From Octopus sinensis (Eukaryota): DNA of 64,000 nt. Below the pieces are notes generated by a model, which saw nothing but the letters and a program-made list of their open reading frames with translations, did no database searches and had not been told where the DNA came from. Position 1 is the stretch's first letter. Each line of letters begins with the position of its first letter. Below, one piece after another: positions 38,606 through 52,232 of the stretch. Location: the NCBI RefSeq assembly GCF_006345805.1, contig NC_042998.1, positions 135,780,001 to 135,844,000 of the forward strand, written 5' to 3'. Both the position numbers and the translations under genes were made by a program.

Positions 38606-38689
38606 TATTATTGTTGTTGCTCTTCATTTTGATAGTAAAAGAATCACAAAATTCTTGAGCCCTACTTGTTTTGGCATGTGATCTGAGAT

Positions 38690-39070
38690 AACAGACCACA
38701 TATCATCATCAAAGACCTAAGACAAAAAACATGCCTGTTAATTGATATGACAGTGCCTAATGATAGAAACATCTCAGCAAAACGAATTTAAGAAACTGTT
38801 GAAATATAAAGACCCTGAGATTGAGATATCTAAAACGTGGCAATTAAAAATGAAAACTATCGCTGTTGTTGTAGGTGCCCAGGGAATGGTCAAGAAAGAT
38901 AGTGACAAATTTTTTGACCAGATCATTGGAAAACTAACAATCTATGAGACTCAAAAAATTGTGCTGACATCAACTGCCCACATTCTCATGAAGTTTCTCT
39001 CCATCTAATACATATATGCCTTAGTTCTCTGGTCAAGACCTGGTTTGGAAGATGAAATAAAATGCAAATC
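38690..39070 (+). mobile_element. R4/Dong 3' fragment (restriction-like endonuclease C-terminus)
   Basis: NRPHIIIKDLRQKTCLLIDMTVPND, then after a frameshift KLLKYKDPEIEISKTWQLKMKTIAVVVGAQG..QKIVLTSTAHIL. Confidence 0.88.
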
Positions 39071-39275
39071 AATTGGAAAATTGTAGCACAAAGCCAGCAA
39101 TTTTGTGGGTGGGGGTAAGTCAGTTACATCAATCCTAGTGCTCAGGTGATACTTATTTTATCAACCTTGAAAGGTAATATTGTTTTTGGCAGAGTTTGAA
39201 TTTAGAATATAAAGATGAACGAAATACCGTTGAGTGTTTTGTCCAATGTGCTAATGATTCTGCCAGCTTGCCACT

Positions 39276-39309
<34 letters not shown>

Positions 39310-39866
39310 CGATGATATATTAACAGCCAAAATAAAGATCTCTAATATAAACACAATTAGTCTATTAGTCATCAGTCTATTGGCATTGATCTATTAGTCA
39401 ATGGCTTCAACAGTTCATAGTGTATTTTGTCACTGATGTCAATAGTCTCTGGTGTTTTAGTTAATGGTCTTTAGTCACCAGCGTATAGTCAGTCATTGGT
39501 GTATTAATTAATGGTTATAGTCACTGGCTGTTGTACAAACATGAAAATGGAGTTGTCACAAAGTGAATAGAAATCAAGCAGATAAAGTAGAATTTATGCA
39601 AAATTTAGTATAACATCAATTGGAGTTTTTGAAATTTAAGCTTATGTGTTGGTTGGTTTACATATGCATACAATAGGCACAGACATGGCTGTGTGGTTGG
39701 AAAGCTTGCTTCCCAACCATGTGATTTTGGGTTCAGTCCCACTGTGTGACACCTTGTGTCATACTACAGCACTAGGCTGACTAAAGCCTCATGGGTGGAT
39801 TTCGTAAATGGAAACTGGAAACTGAAAGAAGCTCATCACATATATATATATACATATATAAGTTAT

Positions 39867-39899
<33 letters not shown>

Positions 39900-40894
39900 G
39901 ATGAGCTTCTTTCAATTCCCATCTACCAAATATATATATATTATATATATATATATATATATGCATGAATGTGTGTGTGTTTCTGTGTATCCTGTCTTGA
40001 CATCATGTGATGGTCATGAACAAATATTACCATTATACAAGTGATGTTGTTCATATCTAATCTTCCATGAAAATATGTCCAACTATGGTTTAAATATCAC
40101 CTTGCTTAGAAACAGGTGTAGGTTGACAATGGGAAGGGCATCTGGCCATGGAAAATCTGCCTCAACAAATTCCGTTTGACCCATGCAAGCATGGAAAAGT
40201 GAACATTGACTGATGAAGGTAATGATGATGATAACATACACACACTCTCAGTATATATATATATATATTACTTTCAACATAATTAGAATGATATCTATAG
40301 CTGGAAGATTACTATCCATTTATCTAATTAAAAAGAAAGTTCAGATATCATCACAGATCTGTCATAATATGATAAGAAATAATGGTGTAAGGAACCAGTT
40401 ATATTAAACCAGAAATAGCTAAGATCATAACAAGAATGATATAATGAATGCTATTTGTAGAAAGAACTGTCCAAGACGTGAGAAACTGATATACAAAAGA
40501 TATAAATTCATATTAATACATTCAAAAAGAAGAAAAAATCTTTCTGCAACATTTCAATTAAAATATCAATTTCTAACATTGGTCACAGCCAGAAATTAGG
40601 GGTGGGAGAGGAGAGATAGTCAATTACATTGACTATTCGAATGAATGGTACACAACTTTTTCTATACCAGAGTGAGTTGAGCATTGAACATAAAGTTTTC
40701 AACAAAATACCATAAAATATTTTGTGCAGTGCTCAACTAATTCTGACATCTACGACTCAATTTCAACAATAACTAAATTTTCTCAACATCAACATTACAG
40801 GACCTGGCATAACTGCATGGTTAACAAGCTCACTTTACCACATGGTTTTGGATTCAATTCCGTTGGTAGTACAAACAGGATAAATAAAACTCAG

Positions 40895-41380
40895 TATATC
40901 ATCATCATCATTTAACATCCACCTTCTATACTGGCATGGGTTAGACGGTTTGACAGAAGCCAGTCAGGTAGAAGACTACACCAGGTTACTGTGTCTGTTT
41001 TGACATGGTTTTTATGAATGAATGCCCTTCCTAACACCAACTACCCCGCTGAGTGGACTGAGTGCTTTTTATGTGGCACCAGCACAAGTGAGGTCAGTTT
41101 TAGCATGGTTTTTACAGCTGGTTGCCCTTCCAAATGCCAACCACTTCACAGTATGAACTGGATGCTTTTTACATGGCAACAGCACCAACAGGGTCACCAA
41201 GTAACTTACAAGGCAAGGAATTTTTGAGACGAGAGGGGGAATTGGAGGAGGGGGTCTTGTGCCAGATGATGAAAAGTTAGAGTGCGACAGAGGCAGAAAC
41301 AGGTGTCTTGCTATAGAGGAGGGGGTATTGGAGGAGGTGGTCATGTGTCAGATGATGAAAGGTTAGAGAGTGACAGAGAG
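40895..41380 (-). mobile_element. RTE family C 3' fragment with internal tandem duplications
   Basis: (CAT)nTTAACATCC start on the plus strand; repeated GCCCTTCC..CCAAC and GATGATGAAAAGTTAGAG units. Confidence 0.75.
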
Positions 41381-42159
41381 ACAGAGAGGCAGTGGAAGTT
41401 ACAAAGTGACTCGAAGGCCATGAGTTTCAAAGTTTCAAACAGATTCTTTTAATTCTGATGAAGTTTTCAATTTAACACTAGCAGAATTTTCTTTTTAAAT
41501 TTTAGAACATAAAAAGATATAGTGACTGATAAGTATGAATCTCTCATCTGTCTTAATCAACTTTATGTAAGTTATGCTTCATATATTTTAACCCAGCCTC
41601 TTTATGTCTGTAGCTGGATATTCTCACCTCAGATACATTAGCATGGCATAATTAATCTTGAACAGCAATGTAGATATAGCATTTGAATGATACTTCATAA
41701 GAAGAATTTATTAACATTTATCGACAGATTTATAGCAAAATCAAATTTCTAGGATTTCTTCCTTCCCTGCTCCAGACTTGAAGCATGTGTGATTAATCTA
41801 ATAGCAGTCCCAACAAGCAATTAGTCAGATAAAAGTATATAAAACTGTGTAAATTGATCACTTTATCAGACGTGGTTATTTGTGGATTTAGTGATAAGGT
41901 TATTAAGGGTATCCTAATGATTAAGCCAGAACTAATTGGATAACAAGAGAAATAATTAATATGAAATATGAAATAAAATACTGCAAAGCTTTCTTATTTA
42001 TTTTCACCAAAAGATGAAAATGATTACAAGGGTACAGGGAATTTCAAAAGTAAGTAGTGAGTGTAACCATACAGAATAAATATAGCTTCAAATAGGGTTT
42101 TAGTGAAGGAAGGTATGCACTATATAATCCAATTATAGAATCCCCAATAGGTGCAGGGG

Positions 42160-43085
42160 TGGCAGGGAGGTAAGATGTTTGCTTCTCAACTGCATACTTT
42201 CAGGTTCAGTCTCACTGTGTGGTACCTTCAGCAAGTGTCTTCTACTATAGCCTTGGGCTGGCCAAAGCTTTGTGAGTGAATTTAGTAGATGGAAACTGTA
42301 AGAAGCCCATTATATATACATCTATGTATGTGTGTGCCTTTGTGTTCGTACCCCACCACCATTTGACAACTGGTGTTGGTGTGCTTAACTCCTTGTAACC
42401 TAGTGGTTCAGCAAAAGAGATTGAAAGAATAATTATCAGATTTAAAAGAAAAAGTACTGAAGTGGATTCATTCTTCAAGGCTGTGCTCTAGCATGGCCAG
42501 TCTAATGACTGAAACCAGTAAAAGATAAATGATGAGATAGGCATGTTTGGAATGCTTTCGATCACAGGTCTGTTCAATCAGGGTTAACTTGCACCTTAAC
42601 AACAACAACAACAACAACAACAATACACACAACTTGAAGAAACATACACTTAAATAAATATACACATATTATATGCATATATGTGGCTGTGTGGTAAGAA
42701 GCTTACTTCCTGACCACATGGTTCCAAGTTCAGTCCCATCTGGCACCTCGGGCAAGTGTCTTCTACTATAGCCTTGGGCCAACCAAGCCTTGTGAGTGGA
42801 TTTGGTAGATGGAAACTGGAAGAAGCCCATCGTGTATATATATACATGAGTGTATATATTTGTGTGTGTGTGTATGTGTGTGTGTCCCATCATTGTTTGA
42901 CAACTGATGTTGGTGAGTTTACATCCCCGTAACTTAGCAGTTTGGCAAAAGAGACCGATAGAATAAGTACTAGGTTTACAACGAATAAGTCCTGGGGTCG
43001 ATTTCTTTGACTAACACTCTTTAAGGTGGTGCTCTAGCATGGCCGCAGTCAAATGGCAGAAACAAATAAAAGAATAAAAGAATAC
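42160..43085 (+). mobile_element. Two SINE B copies (about 42160-42530, 42682-43085)
   Basis: Head, body and (AAAAG)n tail all present. Confidence 0.9.
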
Positions 43086-43559
43086 ATAGAAATCTAAACA
43101 CATATGCATGCAAACATAGGGACCTGTCTTACTTTTTACTTATAAAAATCATGAGACAGAACACTCATATCCAAATATAAACTGATACATATACATAAAC
43201 ACAGAGGGCTTTTGTTACATACGTAAAATAACTAAGAAAGAGCGGGAATAGCTTTCAGATTTTTCAATGACAAAAAAAGAGAAAAGGTAGAAAAAGAAAA
43301 CCTATCTTGTCCTTCATAACCTGTTACTTAGTATTAAAGGTGTACGCTAGGTATCCGGGAAAAGGCTGTAGTGAGACAGCCCTAAATCTTGTCCCATTTA
43401 CTTTGAGAGTAGGGCAGGTAGGTAATTGGGATAAGAGACAGAATGAGTGGGTGGTGAAGCAGGAAATAAGTGTGGTATGTAGCAATGTTGTCGAGAGAGT
43501 GGATCTTATTCATGCAAAAACAGAACATTCAAAGTATGATAAATACAACAGAAATATGC

Positions 43560-43937
43560 CAATGTATATATATATATATATATAATGTATATATATATAT
43601 ATTAATATATAAAATATATATATCTCATATAATATATATATATATATATATATAATATATAATATATCATATTATATATATCTCATATAATATATATAAT
43701 ATTATATATAATATTATATATATATCATATATTATATATATCTCATATTATATATATCTCATGTTATATATATCTCATATATATATATAATATATATATA
43801 TTTATATAAATATCTATATATTTTATATATATATATATATATGATATATGGCGCCATACTAATACAATTGTTCGTTGTTTCCACCTGCCTTCGTTTTTGT
43901 TTATTATAAAGCTTCCCGTTATATATATATATATCTC

Positions 43938-43970
<33 letters not shown>

Positions 43971-43994
43971 AATATAATATATATATATATATAT

Positions 43995-44038
<44 letters not shown>

Positions 44039-44293
44039 TAATAAATATATATATATTTATATATTATATATATAATATATAATATATCATATTATATATA
44101 TCTCATTATATATATATATATATTTATATAAATATATATATTTATATCTATATATATATCATATTATATATATCTCATATATATATATATATATATTTTA
44201 TATAAATATATATATTTATATATCTATATATATAGATATTATAATATATTTATATATCATATATATATATAATATATAAATATATATATATAT
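43560..44293 (+). repeat. (TA)n microsatellite containing a 70-bp element tail at about 43850-43920
   Basis: ACTAATACA..TGTTCGTTGTTTCCACCTGCCTT matches the tail of the 49005-49142 element. Confidence 0.85.
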
Positions 44294-44529
44294 AACCGGA
44301 GTAAACACATAAATGTGAAACAAGGCGGAAAAAGAGTACTCAAATACCAGTGGTAGAGTAATATGCTTTATTTTAAGCAGCAGAAAATTCAACAAAATCT
44401 GTTACTCTGAGTTTCTCGTTGCCGTTCATCAGACAGTTTTTGTTAGAATTCTAACAAAAACGTCTGATGAACGGCAACGAGAAACTCAGAGTAACAGATT
44501 TTGTGAATTTTCTGCTGCTTAAAAATAAG
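44294..44529 (-). mobile_element. Zero-spacer palindromic hammerhead-bearing mini-element between (TA)n tracts
   Basis: ~80-bp arms at 44368-44448 and 44449-44528 (centre GAA|TTC, single-nt indels). Minus-strand tail AATAAA..TTACTCT..GTATTTGAGTAC runs into (TA)n. Confidence 0.8.
44399..44436 (-). ncRNA. Minimal type-I hammerhead motif (second copy on + at about 44461-44497 with a 1-nt deletion in stem I)
   Basis: CTGT-CTGATGA-ACG GCAA CGA-GAAACTCAGAGTA-ACAG: stem I CTGT/ACAG, GNRA-capped stem II (A.A at closing position), stem III ACTC/GAGT, GUA. Confidence 0.7.
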
Positions 44530-44572
<43 letters not shown>

Positions 44573-44609
44573 TATATATTTATATATTATATTTGTATAT
44601 ATATATATA

Positions 44610-45232
44610 TCATTATCTCATCATTAACGTCCGTTTTCCATGCTGGCATGGATTGGATGGTTCGACTGGGGTCTGGGAAGCAGGAGGCTGCACCAGGCCC
44701 CAATCTGATCTGGCAGTGTTTCTACAGCCGGATGCCCTTCCTAACACCAACCACTCCGAGAGTGTAGTGGGTGCTTTTTATGTGCCACCAGCGCTGAAGC
44801 CAGTCAAGGCAGCACTGGCATTGGCCATGTTCGGATGGTGCTTTTTACGTTCCACCGGCACGAGGGTCACAACTACAATTTCCATTTGATTGTAATTTGA
44901 TTTGATTTTGATATTGATGTTGATGTACTTGACTCAATAGGTCTCCACAAGCATGGCATGTCGCCCTATGATCCAAGGTACTTTTGAATGGGCTGGTTAT
45001 GCGATGGTGGTGTAGGTTACAGCTGTGAACTCACTTTATTTGCAGGGTCTTCTCAGTCACAGCATACCTCTAGAGGTCTCGGTCTTTTGTCATTGCCTTT
45101 GTAAGGTGCAACATTTGAAGGTCATGCTTCACCGCCAAATCCCAATTCTTCCTGGGTCTCCCTCTACTCTGGATTCCTTCAACGGATTAGGAGTGGTTCT
45201 TCTTCACACAGCTCTCTTCTAAATATTAACAA
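44610..45232 (-). mobile_element. RTE LINE 3' end (ORF C-terminus plus family C 3'UTR)
   Basis: Minus strand SRGRPRKNWDLAVKHDLQMLHLTKAMTKDRDL*RYAVTEKT is contiguous with the family C UTR. This shows family C is an RTE 3' end, not an independent SINE. Confidence 0.9.
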
Positions 45233-45329
45233 TAATAATATGATAATAAAAGAATGAATGAGACCTCAATATTATGTAAATAGAGGAATTTATCTATAAG
45301 TGTAATAAAGAACAATCAATTAGCTGTCA

Positions 45330-45392
45330 TAATAAAACTCAGAGTTTTGGATGTCAGGACTGAACCCTGCTCCAGCATCTCATCAGTTATTA
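45330..45392 (-). ncRNA. Hammerhead motif in the inverted pLTR (G12 reads A)
   Basis: TAATAA-CTGATGA-GATG..CATC-CAAAACTCTGAGTT-TTATTA. Confidence 0.6.
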
Positions 45393-46814
45393 AGACAAAA
45401 ATGTTATGAAAAATCCGTTGAATAAAGGGTAGTTACTCAATAGGTATGAAGAAAGTAAAACTTCATTCATAGAATCTGCATATGCACACATGCACACACA
45501 TATACATACACACACACACACGTGTATATATATACATACATACTTACACACACATGTACATATATACACACACACATATATCTATCTATACACATGTAAA
45601 CATACATATATACATGCATACACGCACATACACACGTATATGTGCCCATGCACACATCATTGTGTTCATGTACACATCTCTATACGAACATGCACATACA
45701 TACGTGGATATACAAAACCATGCATATGCATATATATATGTACAAAATACACACATACATAGTTATATATGGTCCTTAAAAGAACAAGGTGTCAGCTATA
45801 AGATTCACTGGAAGATCTTGGCCAAGTGTAAACCTTACATCAACGGCAGTGGAAAGTGCAGTCTTTGCAATATAGAAAGATGGCTCATCTGGAAAAGTTC
45901 TTTAGACCCCGCTACATGTCTAAATTCAAGAATTGAACTTTTTGGATCATGTCCACATTTGGCAAAACATTTGTTATGTTTTTGCCCCCCCCCCCACCCA
46001 AGATCACAGATAGAACCTGCTTTTTATATTTTTATATTATGTCCACATACAAGCCTTTCATATGTCTTAACAATTCTTACATTTTTTAATATATATTTTC
46101 TGTATATTATTTTCCCCCCTTTTATAATTGTGTGACTATATATGCATGTAGTATTTGTGTGTATAAGCATATACCAAATGTGCATGTGTGTGCATGTATA
46201 CATGTGTACGAATGTATGTATATATACAAGTGAAAGACTGTATCTGTTGTACTTGTCTCCTTCCTTCATACATATATGTATGTATATACGTTTGTACATC
46301 TCCAGGTGTAGGTATGTTTGACAGACAGGAAGGTGTATTTATGTATATATATGCACCCCTATACATACATAACTCATGTATATTTAAGTTTTTTGGTGAA
46401 TGTGAATCTGTTTATGGTTTATGTTTTTGCATATGTGTTTTTATTTGTATAAACATTTATATATCTACATGAGGATGATGTTGACTACATATATATACGT
46501 ATGTGTGTGTGTATATCTGTACATATATATGCATATGTGTGGTTTTGTATATCCGCATATGCATGTGCATATAGAGATGTGTACATGAACACAATGATGT
46601 GTGCATGGGCACATATACATATGTAAGTATGTGTGTGTACATATGTACACTTGTGTGTGAGTATGTATATATATATACACACACTTGTGTGTATGTGTGT
46701 GTGCGTACATGGATGTATATGTGTGTACACATGTGCATATGCAGATTCTATGAACAAAGTTTTACTTTCTCCATGCCTATTGTAGTAACTCCCCTTTATT
46801 CAACGTTTTTTTCT

Positions 46815-46877
46815 TAATAACTGACGAGATGCCAAAGCAGACTTCAGCCCCGACATCCAAAACTCTGAGTTTTATTA
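46815..46877 (+). ncRNA. Hammerhead motif in the pLTR (G12 reads A)
   Basis: TAATAA-CTGACGA-GATG..CATC-CAAAACTCTGAGTT-TTATTA; stem I is 6 bp, stem III ACTC/GAGT. Confidence 0.6.
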
Positions 46878-46936
46878 TGACAATTATTATTATTATCATT
46901 GTCCTATATTATATTTATATATATAGATATATATAT

Positions 46937-46977
<41 letters not shown>

Positions 46978-46979
46978 CA

Positions 46980-49000
46980 CAAGAAAACAGATGGAGATTG
47001 CAAATTGCTTCAACCAACTTTCCAAAAGTGGTGAGAGGTCCTACTTAAAAACAACACTGATGGAGACTGAAAAAGCCTGCAACAATTCTATGTAAGGGAG
47101 AAAGCAAACAAAGAGGCCTGGGTTATAAAAAAACATTAAGTCAAACCCAAAGGCCCTCTTTCATTATGCCAAAGAAACAGCCTAAGATGCTGCAAAATAG
47201 GACCCCTCTTACAAAAGGATGTCTCCCTCACAGATAGTCCAACCAGGATCAGTGATGTACTGAATGACCAGTTCAAAAGTGTCTTTACCACCCTGTTGGA
47301 ACACAAATAAGTGAATGAACCAGTGGATTTCTTTGCACCCTCACCTATAGCCAGCAAGGCAGTTAGTCATAGATGAGGTGGATGGAAACTGGTCCTGATG
47401 GTTTCCCAGCAATCCTCCTCAAATTCTGTAAATGTGCCTGGCGAAACCTCTACAGGGTTTTCTTCCAGAGTTTTCTTGCAAATGGCAGGCTGCCAAGGAA
47501 ATTGAAGGAGGGAATAATATACCAAATCCATAAACGAGGAAGCAGAGCAGATGCCAAAAACTGTAGGCCTATCTCTCTGACTTCACACATCATCAACGTC
47601 ATGGAACAGATAGTCAGAGGGAAACTAATTGCATTCCTTGAAGAAAACAACTTGCTGAGTGATAACCAGCATGGCTTTCAACCAGGTAGGAGCTGCCTGA
47701 ACCAGCTTTTAGCACACTATGACTGGGTGTTGAAACAGTTACTCAACAACTCAAATGTGGACATAATATACATTGACTTTGCAAAAGCTTTTGATAAAGT
47801 GGATCATGGTATGATATGCCATAAACTGTGTGATCTTGGCATAAATGAAAAACTTGTAGAGTGGTTACGACTTTCTGAAAGATAGAAGTCAGGCAGTAGT
47901 GGCTAATGGAGCCACCTCAAAGAAAACAAAAATAGTGAGTGGTATTCCACTGGGCACTGTCTTGGGACCACTGCTTTTCAGAGTGGCCTTCTCAGATATG
48001 CCCTCAGTTGCAACCCTTGCTAGCTATGCAGATGATACGAAAGTCTCACAGAAAATACAGAACCCCAGTGATGTTGCACACCTGCACCAGGAGTTGGACT
48101 CAATTTACAGATGAGATGAGGACAATAATATGCAGATTAATGCTGAAAAATTCCAAGTCCTGCACTACTACCATCCAAAACTGAATATAAAACCTATAGT
48201 GTACACTGTCCACAGGGGATTACAATCCCAGAGCCTAAATCAGTGAGGGACCTGGCTATCAACATGAATGATGATACCTCTTTCCAAGTGCTTATTACCA
48301 GGATGGCGACAAAGTGCAGACAACTGGCTGGATGAATCCTAAGAATATTCAGAACCAGAGAGAAGAAAAAATTGATGGTCCTCTGGAGGACATTTGTCCT
48401 GAGCTGCCTGGACTACTGCTCCCAGCTATGGTCACCTAACAGTGTAAAATTAACAGCAGACCTTGAAGCAATCCAGCGAAGTTTCACAAATAGGATTGTC
48501 TCATTGCAACAGCTCAGCTACAGGGAAAGGCTGAAGCAGCTAAGACTCTACTCCCTGGAGCAAAGGCAGGAGAGGTATGCAGTAATATACATCTGGAAGA
48601 TCCTGGAAGGAATTGTGCCAAATTTTGGCATTGAAAGATACAGCAATGCTAGAACAGGTCGACACTGCACAATGCCAAAATCCCAGCAATGCCACTGAGC
48701 TTCAGGACCAGTTACTGTAACAGCCTGGGTTTCAGAGGCCCACAACTTTTTAATATTCTCCCAAAGAGGTTGAGGGACCTACACAAAGTGGATGTAGGTA
48801 TTTTCAAATCAAAACTGGACCTCTTCCTGTCAAGAGTCCCAGATGAACCTAACTCACGGCAAGAGGTGCAAATGAGGGTAGCAACATCAAACTCAATTTC
48901 TTACTAAATGCTACATATTAGAGGAGGCTCTCAATAATAAGAGTGTAGCAAAAAGGTGGTGCCCCAGCATGGCCACCGCTCTGAGCTTAAACTACAAAAT
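46980..49000 (+). mobile_element. CR1-group LINE, 5'-truncated, RT pseudogene with 3' tail
   Basis: GPDG, NCRPISLTSH, NQHGFQPGRSC, YIDFAKAFDKVDHG, GTVLGPLLF, YADDTK, LDYCSQLWSP motifs split by stops and frameshifts. Confidence 0.95.
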
Positions 49001-49004
49001 ATAT

Positions 49005-49142
49005 ATATGTTCTTTTCTGTGGAAGAGCATAGGCTCGATACATTAAAGACTTTTTCACTTCCCAAGCATTAAACTAATACATCTGTTTGTTGTCTACACC
49101 ACCTGCCTTATTCTTTTGTTTTTTTTGTGAATTCTCCCCCTT
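49005..49142 (+). mobile_element. Short (TA)n-flanked element with a degenerate hammerhead-like motif
   Basis: TCTTT-T-CTGTGGAA-GAGC ATAG GCTC-GATACATTA-AAGAC; core bases deviate from consensus. Tail shared with 43850-43920. Confidence 0.45.
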
Positions 49143-49152
49143 TATATATATA

Positions 49153-49184
<32 letters not shown>

Positions 49185-49310
49185 GCATTTATATTATATA
49201 TAATACATATATATTATATATATACATATATATATTATAAATATACATATATATATATAGTACATATATATATGTATTATATATCATATATACACATATA
49301 TTCATTTATA

Positions 49311-49341
<31 letters not shown>

Positions 49342-49496
49342 TATACATATATATATATATATACATACATGCATATATATATGTATTATATATATCATTA
49401 TACACATATATTCATTATAATATATTCATTTATAATAATATTATATATATATATATATACTTATATACATGCATATATATATATATACATACATGC

Positions 49497-49527
<31 letters not shown>

Positions 49528-49540
49528 ATACATACATGCA

Positions 49541-49571
<31 letters not shown>

Positions 49572-49635
49572 CATGCATATAATATATATATATATATATA
49601 TACATGCATATATATAATATATATATATATATACA

Positions 49636-49675
<40 letters not shown>

Positions 49676-50310
49676 CATACTATATATATATATATATATA
49701 TAATATTATTAGAGAAATATGCATATAATATATATATATGCATGCATATATATAACATATAGTCATAATATACATGCATATAATATACTAATATATTTAA
49801 ACATACTACATATATGCATATATAATTATATATATAGTATATATATATATACTTATATATATATATATAATATATATAATACAAAATAAGAAAATGGAGA
49901 AATACACCTCACTCACAACCCCTATCTCAATTTCTAATATATATATATATATATAGATATATATATATATATTATATATATATATATTATATATATATAT
50001 ACGTTTAAATATTTGTTGTGCAAGATTTTTTATGTGAAGTCGTATGTTGAAACAGATATTGTATATTTCGGAATGGCTAAACTGGCAATATGACCATTCC
50101 GAAATAAAACTATATATATATATTATATATATACATATATATATATTATATATATACATACATATATATATATATACATATTATAAACATATATACAATA
50201 TATTATATATACATACATACATGCATACATATACAACCACTCACACACACAACACACCACACACACACACATATATATTATATAATATATATATACTATA
50301 TATATACATA
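49143..50310 (+). repeat. (TA)n-dominated compound microsatellite
   Basis: Visible directly; a short insert at about 49880-49935 shares ACAAATAAGAAAATGGAGAAA with about 23790. Confidence 0.95.
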
Positions 50311-50609
50311 TAATATAGAAAGAATGAGAGAGAGAGAGATAGAGAGTAAGAGAGAGAGAGAAAGAGAGAGAGAGAAACAGGCTAGAGGAAGAAATGGCAA
50401 TCTTGAACAAATAAAGATGCTTGAGATTATAAAACTAAACATTTGAATGTCTATTGATTAAAACACATATCTCTAATATAATCATGCCAGGTAGAATGTT
50501 TCCATACATGTGTGTTTTGGTATATATAAGTGCGTGTTTCGTTGTGATTATATATATATATATATACACCACACATACATACATGTATACATGTACATAT
50601 ATATATGTA

Positions 50610-50663
<54 letters not shown>

Positions 50664-51488
50664 AGCATGGAAAACGGACGTTAAATGATGATTATATACA
50701 TATATATACACACAGCATATGTGCATCTGTGCTTAAAAATACATTTTTTGTGAGTACACCTATATTATGTGAGTATTTATATTCTCTAAGCATATAAATA
50801 CATTTCCAACACATTATCTATACAATTTCTACTATGTAAAACTTCATGTGTTAAGGTAAGCAGTTTTCTTCACTCATCTATTTACAAACATGACAGCTTG
50901 TTCATTTCCCAAAATAAATTAAAATCCAAACCCAGCGTTAAGTTAAGCTTTTATAACATACCAAATAGCCTTTGACCACCAGTCCTCTCCTCTTTCTTAT
51001 TTCTTTCTGTTTATTTGAAGCCAAAAATAAAGCTAGGGAGCTTGCAGGTCAGCAAGGTGAAGCTACAGTGGTTAAAGTACTAATATCAGAACACCTGTCT
51101 ATTTTACCACCACTACTTATACCCAAAACACACATACAGATAATAAGTGTGGAATGAACTAATGACAAACAAGGTCATCAGTTAGTACAGTCAACCTGAC
51201 TTTGTAGTGGACAATTCTCGGTCAATGGACACCCAGATCTTCTACTCTTGATATCTGCTAACTAATTCTAAATCATAAACCAGATTATGGGATACAAGTA
51301 AATGCTTTTAAGTTGTCAAACTGACGAGGACTAATTGGAAATAGAAATAAGGAGCAGCATTTTCGGAGCCTTAGAATAGAATATTTCTGAGGAAAATAAC
51401 AGCAATTTAAAGATAAATGTTAACCAGATCTTGTCTTTCTCTTTCACCTCTTTGATAGTTTACACACACACACACACACATACCTCTT

Positions 51489-51575
<87 letters not shown>

Positions 51576-52191
51576 CACAAACACACACATGTTATCTAAT
51601 AAGAAATTCTATCCTGTAATCTTTGATGTACCATATTAAAAATAGCCTTAACTATTTGTTGTAACTTATCTTCAAATCATTTTTCATAACCAAGCCATTT
51701 ATTGGAAATGCTGACATACATATTAAAATACATACACATATACCCATATACAGTCTCATACATACACATACACTTACATAAAGTTAGCAGCAGACACACA
51801 TAGTAACACGCACACACGTAATCATAAGCAGATAATGAAGGTGCTTCTTCATCATTTCTGTGCCTGCTAAAAATAGCAGCCGAATTTGATCAAATTTGAT
51901 AAGATAAATTTTGTGGCTGTACAAATCTCTTTATTATTATTATTATTATTATTATATTTATTTATTTATTTATATATATATGTATACACTCTGCTGAGTG
52001 GTTGGTGTTAGGAAGGGCATCCAGCAGTAAAGATCCTGCCAAAACAGTTACAGAAGTCTGGTGCAAGCTTCTGCCTGGCTGGCTCTTGTCAAACTGTTCC
52101 ACCCATGCCAACATGGATGATGATGTTAAATGATGATGACAGTGATGATGATGATATATATATATATATACATACACGGATATATATATAT

Positions 52192-52232
<41 letters not shown>

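Larger units (their letters stand above)
45232..46885 (+). mobile_element. 5'-truncated Penelope-like element: inverted pLTR, GIY-YIG C-terminal ORF remnant (45761 to about 45985), pLTR
   Basis: YIWSLKEQGVSYKIHWKILAKCKPYINGSGKCSLCNIER..LNSRIELFGSCPH. About 400-bp inverted copies at about 45323-45760 and 46500-46883, each with a hammerhead motif. Confidence 0.88.
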
